Below are positions 13,035 to 23,539 of a stretch of 64,000 nucleotides of DNA, one piece after another (the first letter of the stretch is position 1; every line of letters begins with the position of its first letter). Where the stretch lies: positions 682,001-746,000 of the forward strand of contig CDPCPM010000017.1 of NCBI GenBank assembly GCA_976551045.1, read 5' to 3'. Below the pieces are notes generated by a model. That model made no database searches, was not told where the DNA came from, and saw only the letters and a program-made list of their open reading frames with translations. Made by a program: the position numbers and the translations under genes. Source of the stretch: Glaucostegus cemiculus (Eukaryota).

Positions 13035-13636
13035 CTGTCCTCCGAGTCCATGCGGCTGAGCGGCTCCCCGTCCGACGAGTTCTCCAAACTCTGCCTCCTG
13101 TTGCCGGAGGCCGGCGCTGCCGTCTCGTCCCGGCCGCGCTGCTGCTGCTGCTGACTGTGGTGCTGCTGGTGGCCGCCGCCGCCGCCCCTGGCCCCGGACC
13201 GGGACGCCGCGTTGGCCGCCGGCTGGTGCTGGGGGCTGCGGGCCGGGCCCGGGGGCGCGGGCTGCCCGCCGGCCGAGTTGGCGCGGGCCCTGCCGGGCTC
13301 GTTCTCTTCTTCCTCGTCCTCTTCCTCCTCCTCGTCTTCCTCGTCCTCTTCCTCCTCGTCTTCCTCTTCCTCCTCCTCGTCGTCGCCCTCCTCCTCCTCC
13401 TCGTCCTGCCGCCGCCGCCGCTGCTGCCGCCGCCGTTGCCGCCGCTGCTGCTGCTGCTTCGAGGACTGGCAACGGCCGCCGCTCTTCGCCTCCGAGCGGC
13501 AGCTCTTGCCACCCGACGCCGCACCGTTGAGCAGCGCGGCTGCCTGCTCGCTCGGCGCGCCGGGGGTGAGGTGCGTGTCGGCCAGCGGAAGGGCCGCGGG
13601 GCCGCAGGCGGCTGATGGAGCGGCGGCTGCGGCCAT
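13035..13636 (-). CDS. AEBP2: AEBP2 (PRC2.2 accessory zinc-finger protein), first coding exon of the long isoform
   Basis: ATG at 13636-13634 (gaaATGG) starts MAAAAAPSAACG...AAALLNG...[acidic tract]...SGNRRQSLENSSDGEPLSRMDSED. This matches recalled human AEBP2 motifs (AALLLNGG, SGGRRGSLEMSSDGEPLSRMDSEDS). Donor AG|GTGAGG at 13035/13034; 602 nt, phase 2. Lies downstream of PLEKHA5 on the same strand, as in human. Confidence 0.95.
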
Positions 13637-13892
13637 TTCTCGGCGCGGCTTTCGGCGGCCTGGAAAGGGGGAGGAGGAGGGGGGGCGGGTCACGTGCCCG
13701 CGCCTGCGCCGCAGCGCGCGACGGCGGCCCGGCCGCCCAACGGCTACCGCGCGCCGCCTTTTCGAAACCGGCGGGCGGGGAGCGCGAGGGGGCCGCCCCG
13801 AGCCCCAACGGCCACGCCAAGCCCGTCGGCGGGGCAACAGGTAGGAGAGGCTGCGTCAGCGTCCCTCAGCGGCCTCGGCGCAACTTTTATTC

Positions 13893-14412
13893 GATTTTGG
13901 TTTGTTTTAATCAAAATAAACTTCATTCACGATGAAAGACGAACTACATACAATAATAATAAAACAGTGCCAACCTTGACATTCGCGGACAGATCAATCG
14001 TTCATAATGTTGGGCAAACTACAGACAATAATAAGACAGTGCATTTGTGTACAGATCAATCATTACTGTTACTTCTTATTGAAACAAAACACAACACCGA
14101 TGCCACTCGTGTGGCTCCCTGGGGTGATACCCCAATCCCATATTTACAGTCTTTAAGGGGCTTCCTCGCCTGACCCCCCCACCCCCCGTGCCCTCCCTTT
14201 CCAGCAGCACAACAACCCCAGACTATGGTCCTTCCCCACCGAGCCCTTGCGTTGGCAGTGCCCAGCTTCAGTGCGTCCCTCAGCACGTACTCCTGCAGCC
14301 TGGAACGTGCCAGTCAGCGGCGTTTCCCTACGGCCATCTCGCAGTGCTGGGACACCAACAAGTTTCGGGCAGACCAATGGGCATCTTTCACCCAGTTGAT
14401 GACCTTCCAGCG
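13893..14412 (-). mobile_element. Tx1/L1-clade LINE, 5'-truncated 3' end
   Basis: Minus-strand translation RWKVINWVKDAHWSARNLLVSQHCEMAVGKRR*LARSRLQEYVLRDALKLGTANARARWGRTIV resembles the ORF2 C-terminus of fish/shark Tx1-like elements. Followed by a 3' UTR and an A-rich tail near 13900. Confidence 0.75.
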
Positions 14413-14560
14413 TTTTGTTTTTTTTTAACAAAATAAACTTTATTCATAATAAAAAACTACATACAATAATACAGTTCAAACCTTTACATTCACGCACAGT
14501 TCCATTCTTAGTGTTACCTTTTTATATATACAGAACACAGCACCGATACCTGTTGGATTT
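14413..14560 (-). mobile_element. Second 3' end of the same Tx1-like family
   Basis: 14420-14480 (caaaataaactttattcataat...actacatacaataata) and acacagcaccgat repeat 13910-13960 and 14090-14101. Poly-T tail at 14413-14426; AATAAA on minus at 14444-14439. Confidence 0.7.
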
Positions 14561-14769
14561 GCCACAGCACCTGGTGTAGCTTCGCTGCCCCCCCCACCCC
14601 ATTACAACTATTCACTTTCCTTTTGGACCTCCCAATAACTCCTCACCTTGAGGGTGCTTAGCCCACTGCTCTACTAAGGTAAGACACCTTTATTAGTCAC
14701 ATGTAAATAGTAACTTGTAAATAAAAACAGAACTAAAGGACTGCAGATGCTGGGAATCAAAAATAAAAT

Positions 14770-15582
14770 GGCCACGTAGCTAAGCCCAGCTCAAGCACCA
14801 TCGGTGAGTTCGGTGATGGCACCGCTGTTGTCGGTCGAAGGTCAGATGGCGGCAGGGAGGCGTACAGGAGTCAACAGTAGCAGCCATGCACTCAGTGTCA
14901 GCGAGAGACTGAGGAACTGCTTGTGGACTTCCGGAAAGGGAATTCGGGAGTTTTCACACCAATCCTCGTTGAGGGGTCAGCAGTGGAAAGGGTGAGCAGC
15001 TTCAAGTTCCTGGTCATCAACATCTTGGAGGATCTGTCCTGGGTCCAATGCATTGATGCAATCACAAAGAAGGCGTCTCTACTTCGTTAGGAGTTTGAGG
15101 AGATTCGGTATGTCACTAAAGACTTACAGATTTTTATAGGTGGAGAGCATTCTGACTGGTTGCATCACAGCCTGGTATGGAGGTTCTAATGCACAGGATC
15201 ATAAAAGGCAGTTGAGAATTGTAGACTCAGCCAGCTCCATCATGGGCACAACCCTTCCCACCATCAAGGACATCTTCAAGAGGCGGCACCATCCATTGCT
15301 GAGGACCCTCACCATGCGGGACAAGCCCTCTTCTTGTTCCTACCATTGGGGAAGAGGTACAGGAGCCTGAAGATCCACACTCAACAATTCAGAAACAGCT
15401 TCTTCACCTGTCTTATCAGATTTCTGAATGGAGCATGAACACTACCTCATTATTCTTTTTTTTTGCACTATTTATTTATTTTTGTAATGGGTAGTAATTT
15501 TATGTCTTTGTATGGTACTGCCACCACAAAACAACAAATTTCACATTATGTAAGTCAGTGATATTAAATCTGATTCTGATTC
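14770..15582 (+). mobile_element. Rex1/Babar LINE, truncated and degenerate
   Basis: Degenerate RT (KFADDTTVVG-like at about 14805-14835); ORF 15140-15370 ESILTGCITAWYG...RIVDSASSIMGTTLPTIKDIF; (CTGATT)n tail at about 15570-15582. Confidence 0.85.
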
Positions 15583-16499
15583 AACCCAGACTGAAACTCA
15601 ATGCAGATGGTTGCATTTTCCTTGCAGTGGATTTTGAGGGGATTTGTCTTCAAGTTAATGAGGATTTGATACTGAGGGACTTTCTGCTTTTTTCTTGTTC
15701 TGTCCTTTAAAATTTAATCAGTATCTGATTACTGATGCAAAGGTGGGTAAGTTTCAAGGAAATTTTGTTGAATTATGCAAGTATTGATCAGATAATAAAA
15801 TCTGTATTTTATATATGTATATGAGTAATGAAATAGAACCAGCTTCAGTTAAAATCATAATTAATCATCAAACTAACTGACAGTGATTAGCTTGTTGCAT
15901 CCCAAAGTATTGGTCACACCTTTTTTTAGTACATAGGACAGGCTGATCAGCTCAGCTTTGAAATGTGATATGCCTCAAAGATCCTCCCCATGAGGCGTCT
16001 AGACTTGTACTGAGTGGTTGCAAATAAATAGATGACCCCAGGCAGAAAAGCAACATTTTGTGGATGTTGAAATTTTGAAATAAAACAAGAGTAATTCCAT
16101 TCACGTGGTCTGAGGAAATGTTAGGTAATTTAGAGCTTGTTCCAGCACATACTTTAAAGATACCAGGATTATACACAGTTCTATTGTGTTCATCACATTC
16201 ACAACAACTTTTGCAGCTGCATTAAACACTGAGCATTGATCAAAAGGACAGATGGTGGGGAGGAGCAATGATTAGTAACAGGAAACAGAAAAAATTCTTA
16301 GCTTTTGAAGGCAGGAAGGGATGTGATACAGTTGCGTTGTCAAATGAGGCAACCTCTGAGGTTGAATAGGATTACCAGCATTACAGCAGGAATGAAAAGT
16401 ATTTTTGATAACTTGGGATGTGCCTCATGCTTCATGATCAATGAAGTATTTTTGAAACACATTCGCTGGTCAAAGAAAAAAAAGCTGTTGTTAGGGATC

Positions 16500-17290
16500 G
16501 ATTGAGTTGGGTGGAGATTGTGATGGAAGGGTCAGGAATGGATCAATGGGTCGTGGAAGGAGGCAAGAGGGACGTGGGAGGAGGCAAGAAGGTAAGAAGG
16601 TAACAGGGAAAGGCAACTGGACTTGTGACTGGGGGCAGGGACATCCAAGGGTAGAACAGGGATCAGTGTGGGTCAGGGATACTGGTACAAGAATGGAACA
16701 TTAGATGAGGGATCAGGGAATGAGTAGACAGGGCATTAGAGGGAGGACAGGGTATTGGAAGGGAGGGAGAGGACTGGGTATTGGAAGAGGGGACGACTAT
16801 TGGAGAAGAGAGATGGTATTAGAGTGAAGCAAGGACTTTCTGTGGATAGGAGATGGGATAGACTACTGAGGGAAGAAAGGATAAGGTTTCAAAGGAGAAA
16901 GAGGGTGATTCAGGAGGGGAATGAGGGAGGAGACTATCAGAGTGGAGAGACAGGACAGAAAAAGAGGTTAGTTATTGGAAGGCAGAGTAGACATGCCATT
17001 ATATGGGGGAGAGAGAAAGATTACAAAGTATTATAGGGCTGAGAAGGTACAGGGTGTTTGAGGGGAGAGAGGAGATGGTATCAACAGAGTGAGAGGAAGT
17101 AGGGTATTGGAGGAGAGAGTGAGTGGGCAGTATCAACGAGGGGAGAGGATGGTGAAGATGATAAAAAAAGTGGGCAGGGTCCTGGAATGGAGAGAAAAAA
17201 TGAGATTTGAGCAGAGGGGAGACATGGACTATGAGAAGGGAGAAACAAGATCAATGCGAGGGATACAGAACAAAGGAAAGTGGAACCAAT
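16500..17290 (+). repeat. Purine-rich (G/A) low-complexity tract
   Basis: About 800 bp of strongly G/A-skewed sequence with recurring gggtattgga and gggagag words. Confidence 0.75.
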
Positions 17291-17614
17291 GCAATTGGCT
17301 GACTAATAAACCACACACTCAGCTTCCACCATGCATACAAATTCTGCACTTCATCAGCGTACAGCACCCTCTGACAGTTACTTGAATGAGTCTGAACGAC
17401 GTTACTATTATTCACATACAATCTGAATGTGCTTCAATTGTGTGATATCACACCTTTAGTAATTATTTGCATAATTTATATGTATCTGTGGTTAAAATAT
17501 AGGCTGTTAAAGATGTTGCAAATTCTACATTTTCAATCCTGGCAAATTGATGTGCCAACACTTCATGTCTTTATAGATTTAGTTTTGAAAACATTGTCCC
17601 TCTATCCTAACAAC

Positions 17615-18070
17615 TTTATACAGGAACAAGAGCAGGCCATGCGTCCCTCAGATCTACTCCACTAATCTGATCATGGTCTCAGCTCCACTTTTTTGCCTGT
17701 TCCCCACAACCCTTGAATCACTCCTCCATAGACAAATAAACATCTGGCCAGCCCTGACTACATCAGGTGATTCAGCCCCCAGTCACAAGTCCAGTTTCCT
17801 TTCCCTGTTACCCTCATGCCTCCTTCCATGACCCATTGATCCATTCCTGACCCTTCCATCACAATCTCCACCCAACTCAATCGAACCCTAACAACAGCTT
17901 TTTTTTCTTTGACCACCTCTCAATCACCTGACTACATCAGGTGATTCATTCCTCTGGAATGGAGAGTTCGTGACCCTCTGAGAAATTCTTTCTCATCTCC
18001 ATCTTAAATGGGTGATGCCTTATTTTGAATTTGTGTTGGTGCTGTTTGAAATTCTACAATGAGGAGAAAC
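17615..18070 (-). mobile_element. CR1 3' tail fragment interrupted by a templated insertion
   Basis: caggaacaagagcaggccat...ctcagctccacttt...accctctgagaaattctttctcatctccatcttaaatggg is typical of the CR1 3' end, antisense. Confidence 0.65.
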
Positions 18071-18499
18071 ATTCTCACAGAATCTTAGAAGTAATATGTA
18101 GCATCCAGGGCACTCCTCCAAGCAGAGCAAGGACTATTTCTGGTCACCTGAGATCCCCAGAATGTTCCTGGAGGGGAATGGGCAGTGGTAATGCCATGAA
18201 TGCCAAGGGTTAATGACTGAACTTCCTCTTGATGAATGTCATTATCATCTACTTACCATTCAAAGTTCTTTTATGGGCAAGGCCTAGCCACAAGCCGGCA
18301 CAAACTGTGTCCTGATGCTGGCTGACTCACTGAGTTCCTCCAGCATCTTGTGTGTTGCTCCAGATTTCAGCATCTGCAGTCTCCTGTGTGTCTCTCAACT
18401 GCTGCTTTGTCTGAGCTCTTCTTTGAGCACTAACTTTGTGGAGTGAGTGAGCGGAATCACCAAGCAATTATGGTTGTGGTTAACAAAACCAGAGAGGAC

Positions 18500-18870
18500 C
18501 TTTCTCCTCATTTTTTCATCCTCCTTCTCCAGCAGTGTGAAGGGGCTGTACTGCATTGTGGCCAGATTGTGAAGGATATAGCAGCTGTCAACCAAGTGAA
18601 TCGTCCGATGTAGTCAGGTGATAAGACCATGCCACAAAATCTCTGCTTGAAGATCCTGAAGGTTATTTTCACAATGTGGACCTTGTAATTGTACTCACAG
18701 CATTTCCAGGAATCTGCACTATGCTGAAGAGTATTAGACACAGGAAACAGGACTTGTTCCCCAACAATTGCACCTGGCATGTGGTGGTTACACTGCAAAG
18801 TGTCAGACTGAATAAAGCATGCAAGGTTCCTGGGTGTGTAGCATTGACCATGAGCAGCTTTTAATGATGG
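18500..18870 (-). mobile_element. PIF/Harbinger transposase remnant
   Basis: VNATHPGTLHA (cf. VNARYPGSxHD), EYNYKVHIVKITFRIFKQRF, SCYILHNLATMQ...EKEDEK. Confidence 0.68.
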
Positions 18871-18879
18871 TCACACACA

Positions 18880-19090
18880 AGTGTGGTTGACATCTGGAAT
18901 GTGCTGCTAGAGGTGGTAGTGGAATCGAATACAATTGTGACCATTTAAGAGGCATTTAGACAGACACTTGAATAGGCAAAACATAGAAGGATATGGTCCT
19001 TATGTGGGCAAAAGGGATGAGGGTAGATGGACAAAAAGGTCAGCATCAACATGGAAGACTGAAAGGCCTGTTTCTGTACTGTACGACTAT
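18880..19090 (+). mobile_element. CR1 3' tail
   Basis: catctggaatgtgctgctagaggtggtagtggaa...atttaagaggcatttagacagacacttgaatagg...gactgaaaggcctgtttctgtactgtacgactat. Confidence 0.8.
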
Positions 19091-19490
19091 GGTCTGTAAG
19101 TGCTGGTCTGTACTCAGAAGCAGAAGGAGCTGAATTCCCTTCTCCACAAGGAGAGACCCTCAGTCTTGCCGATAATGCAATGCGCTGTAAACTGTGACAA
19201 AAGCATCAATCAGCTGTGTCACTTAATATGATCCAAAGTTCAGGGTAACTGTGACTTTCACGTTGACTTGCAGAGCAGTACATGTGTGGGTCAAGGGCTG
19301 GAACTGCAGCAGGTGGGAAATCTTTGTTTTAACTTGTAAATAAAAAAAAATCAAAAGAACTTCAGATGCTGGGGATCAAAAATAAAAACAGAAAATCTAC
19401 CTGCTGGAGATAATCAGCAGGTTAGGCGGCATCTGTGGGAAGAGGAACAGAGTTAACATTTCAGGTCAAAAACCCTTCTTCCCAACTCAG

Positions 19491-19762
19491 AAGATAAGAT
19501 ATCTTGATTAGTCACATATACATCAAAACACACAGTGAAATGCATCTTTTGCATTGTGTTCTGGGTGCAGCCCGCAGGTGTCGCCACACTTCCGGCGCCA
19601 ACATAGCTTGCCTACAACTTCCTAACCTGTATGTCTTTGGAATGTGGGAGAAAACCGGAGCACCTGGAGGAGACCCACTCCTTACAGTCAGTGGCCGGAA
19701 TCGAACCCGGGTCACTGCTGCTGTAAAGCGTTACACTAACTGCTACACTACCGTGCCTGCCC
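19491..19762 (-). mobile_element. tRNA-derived V-SINE
   Basis: Minus strand: A/B-box tRNA-like head (ggcacggtagtgtagcagttag...gggttcgattcc), V-domain (ctccaggtgctccggttttctcccacattccaaagac), (ATCTT)n tail. Near-duplicate of 33708-34005. Confidence 0.9.
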
Positions 19763-20329
19763 TCAAAGCTCATTAAGTAGCAGGGAGGGAGATGTCTCTG
19801 AAAGGGTAAAACCAGGGTGACCATGGGATAAGCTGTAAGCAAGGTTATCTGGCCAATGAGTGAATCTTAGCTTTAACTTGTAAACTCTGAGCTCTGGATA
19901 CATTGCGTTTTCGATGAAACCCTTATGTCATATCCTCTGCTTCTTCTCCTGTTGTATTGGAGGCTCAGAGGAACCAATACCAGTGCAGCCTTATTTAACC
20001 GAACATATTACTGCCTACATCTTGGCACAGAGACTAAATCTCAGCAACCCTTGGATATTATAGCCCTGTGGAGCAAACTGAGCTCTCACCCATGCATATC
20101 CTCAAAGAACTTTGCAAGTAACTGATGATCCCTTTTAATGGTGCAGCTGTGGGACTTCTTCCTGCTGTTCAGATCCAATTTCCTGTGAGAGTCCACATTT
20201 TATATTAGGTGCACACACGTGGGCGATTATGGCAGGGAATACATCAAGAGCTACAGAGGGTTGATATTAGTCTTGCATACTCTGTGTAATGTGCACAGAA
20301 CTGCCTCATTCAAGCAATGTAAAGCACAA

Positions 20330-20965
20330 TGTAATAGAGTCATACAGCAGAGAAACATCAGTCCATCAACTTGCAACTAACCATCTAATAACCATTTATA
20401 CTAATCCCCTTTGCAGGCACTCAGTCCATAACTTATTATTGGTGATTCAGGTGTTCATTGATATACTTCTTTAATGTGAGAGTACCCGTCTCCACCACCC
20501 CCTCAGACAGTATGTTCCAGGATCCAACCAACCTCTGGGTGAAAAAAATTCTTGTGCAGATCCTCTCTAAACCTCTTGCCCTTTACCTTAAACCTGTACT
20601 GTGGGAACTCTGCTATTACAATCTACCCAATCAATGCCCCTTATAATTTTGGATAGCTCTGTTAGGCCCCCCACTGGCCTCCCCAACTGCAAGGAAAATA
20701 GGCCCAGCCTATGCAGTCTCTCCTCATAACTGAAATACTCTATCTCAGGCAACATCCGGGAGAATCTCCTCTGCACCCTCTCCAGTGCAATCATGTCCTT
20801 ACTATAGTGTGACAGCCAGAATTGTACACAATACTCTAGTGTGAATTAAACAGTTTCATAAAACTATACCATAATCACTCTGCTCAAATATTCTGTGCAC
20901 AGACTAATAAAGGCAAGTATCCTAAATACCTCTCTCACCACCTTGTCTACGTGTGCTGCCACCAT
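20330..20965 (-). mobile_element. CR1 LINE 3' fragment
   Basis: ORF 20588-20794 IALERVQRRFSRMLPEIEYFSYEERLHRLGLFSL is the canonical CR1 ORF2 C-terminal region. Confidence 0.9.
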
Positions 20966-21029
20966 AATATTATAATCACTATTCATAATCCCACCTACAT
21001 GGGGACATTGGTGATTATAGATGTACTGC

Positions 21030-21265
21030 TGTGTGGTAAGATTTCCAGGCCTGAGGAGGAAATAAGTGATTTTAATAACATTGTTACTTAAGTAGATGAT
21101 CTGGTTGCTTACTGTCCTATTGTTTGGGGAACTTCCAATGTGCAAGTTAGCTGCTGTGTTTACTACATTATAGTCACTACATTTAACATACTCACTTGGT
21201 GCAAATTGCTTTGGGAAGTTCAGCCATCATTAATGGTGTTATATAAACACAAGTTATTTATTTTC
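21030..21265 (+). mobile_element. DeuSINE Deu-domain fragment
   Basis: gatctggttg...gtgcaagttagctgctgtgtttactacattatagtcactac...gctttggga...tatataaacacaagtt resembles the Deu domain and tail. Confidence 0.6.
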
Positions 21266-23539
21266 GTTTATAGATATACATATACAATATGTCTATATGC
21301 AGATATATAAGCAATTAAAGTTTGTTGGAGCATTTCTGCTCAGTTTTTGGTCAGATGGTAGGTTCGGTCACCAGCACCCTCTACTATCTATTTTTATTAC
21401 AGATTCTCATCCATAGTGATATGGTTTCTCCTCAATTTGGGTTGAAGGACTTCTCAACATGCTGCAGGACAGCATCTTCCATTTTGACTAACCTTTATTC
21501 AATTATGACTTTGCAGCCATACCTATGATCACTCAGCTAAGTTCAAAATGAAGTTAAATTTTCCATTATTTTTCTAATTTATGGGAAATATGTTCTTTGC
21601 AAGCTTTGTTTTTCACTTTGGGACCACTAATGTTGAGCTAGACATCTGAAGAATTATTGTTACTGATCTTTCACAAGCTTGGTAGTTGGAATGCCATTTC
21701 AGTCGTTCAAAACAAACTACTAGCTTTACAACCCTGTCCCCATTCATAAAAAAGCCCATTGTTCATTGCTCAGTGCTCCATCTATTGGCATTGCTAAGCA
21801 ACATGAACTGAGACTGGAATCTAAACTCAGGAAAAGTAAGACCTTCAAAACACTATTAGCCTGTGAAACTTCTAACAAAAGCTTAGTCCCAAGCACTGCT
21901 GCAACAATGCCAACATTCCTTTCTTTTTAAGTACATAATTTGCCATAACATAAAAACAGAAAAGGAAACCTAAACCTCTGCAAAAGTTGTAAGAGTTACC
22001 CACTGTAAAATGAATACTTCCTTCATAATTAAAGAAAATTGAGGAGGATCAGTGGGGAGACTATTTAAGTAGCCCCTAACCCATGGATTCAAAGCCTGCA
22101 GTTTATTGAATCAATAATGCATTAATATCAATTTCAAATACCATATTTTCCAAAATGGCAACATATCTCATAATGGGAGGAGAAAAAAACTTTTACCCAC
22201 CCTCCTCTGAGTTTAGCCTTGCCCATTGAAAAGCAGTTAAAACAAAAGTTTGTTTATCACCGGTCAGTAACAAAGATGTCCAAATAAAAATCAATCAATT
22301 TTCAAATTGATAAATTCATCAAGCTGTAACATTTTCTCCAGAAATCAATTTCAAAATGAACATGTTTGTCATCACTGAGCATCATTTATATGTGCAATGG
22401 GACTCTTAAACCTAATCATAAATTAATTTATTGGACTAGACCAGAGGAACCAACCTTTCTGTAGAGGGCCATTTTCAGGTTAGAACAGAATACTGTGAGT
22501 CACCTCTATTCACATGACATACAAGCATACACAGGCTGCTGGGGATACACAGTGATGTCAAAAGACATGCAATACTTGTTTAACATCATTTGTGCAAAAC
22601 TGCAACGATATGAACCCTGCGAAAGTCACAGGACTTCACTGGAGTTTGTGCGAACCAGCTGTTCAAATCTTTCCACGTATTAAAGCGGCTGATCTGACAA
22701 GCTGTTGGTAGACGTCATCTTTAACTTTTATCCCTTAGAGATTTTCCCACCCAGCCTTATTCCCCTTAGTGGGGATGTCCTTGGGTATCCTTCCCTGCAC
22801 CCAGTCATCTTGCAATAAGACCACAAATAAACTTTGAGGTAAACATCCTATCCTCTGTTTCCTCCTCCAATCACACTTCAATACTCTGCTTGAAAGATCC
22901 AGAGGTATACAACAGTGCTGTGAGAATGATCCGCATGTTGCTAGTATTGTTCCATTGCAGTCTCTCTCAAAACCAGATGTTGCTCACCTGAAACATATCC
23001 TTTGTAAATCTTTATCCAGATCACTCAGAATTAGCTCCTCCCATGTCTGTGTGTATATGTTAAGTGCATGATGGGTAACTGTGCATGATATTTATTGTTA
23101 AGATCAGCATTTACCATCAATGCCAAGCCATGTACGATGCTGAATAACTCCTAGGCTTATGTATTCTATTGTGCACAAGGCTTACATATCACGTATAGTA
23201 GAACTTCTTCTGTGATCTCCTACTTTTGCAGAGTGGAGATCAGATGGATCATGGAGAGGATCTCCTACTGTGGTGGTGCAGAGGTAGAATTAGAGAGGAT
23301 TAGAGACAGGATCTTGGCACAGGGGTGAGCAGTAAAGGTGGAGAGGATAGGCTGGTGTTGGAGAGAGGCTCAAAACCTTGGGTGGAGGGAAATGGTCAGA
23401 TAGATGAAACTTGGTTGGGGGAGGATAACAGAGAAGATTAGATGTCAACTTCGAGCAAATAGTTGGTGGGTGTTTGGGTGGAGGGAAGGACATTAGCAGT
23501 AGGGTGAATTGGGGTTGGTAGGAAATCATCTCTAAAACA

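Larger units (their letters stand above)
12830..13885. promoter_or_regulatory. AEBP2: CpG island / AEBP2 promoter
   Basis: Abrupt very GC- and CpG-rich block in an AT-rich, CpG-depleted background, covering exon 1. Contains GC box GGGGCGGG (13682-13689), E-box CACGTG (13691-13696), NRF1-like GCGCCTGCGC (13700-13709) and a YY1-like AAATGGC over the start codon. Confidence 0.9.

Noticed and set aside
13637-13837. N-terminal extension of AEBP2 given in the ORF track (MPRRRAW...)
   Set aside because: It starts at a non-ATG codon and runs through promoter motifs. The ATG at 13636 has good Kozak context and matches the MAAA start of the orthologue.
12785-14173. Long overlapping ORFs on both strands (276, 329, 183, 210, 106 and 159 aa) over the CpG island, suggesting overlapping or antisense genes
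   Set aside because: Expected from stop-codon scarcity in very GC-rich trinucleotide-repeat DNA. Only the frame ending in DGEPLSRMDSED has recognisable homology and a proper splice donor.
19690-19762. tRNA-like sequence with A and B boxes (also about 33935-34005 and 51430-51490)
   Set aside because: These are SINE heads attached to V-domains and LINE-like tails, not tRNA genes.
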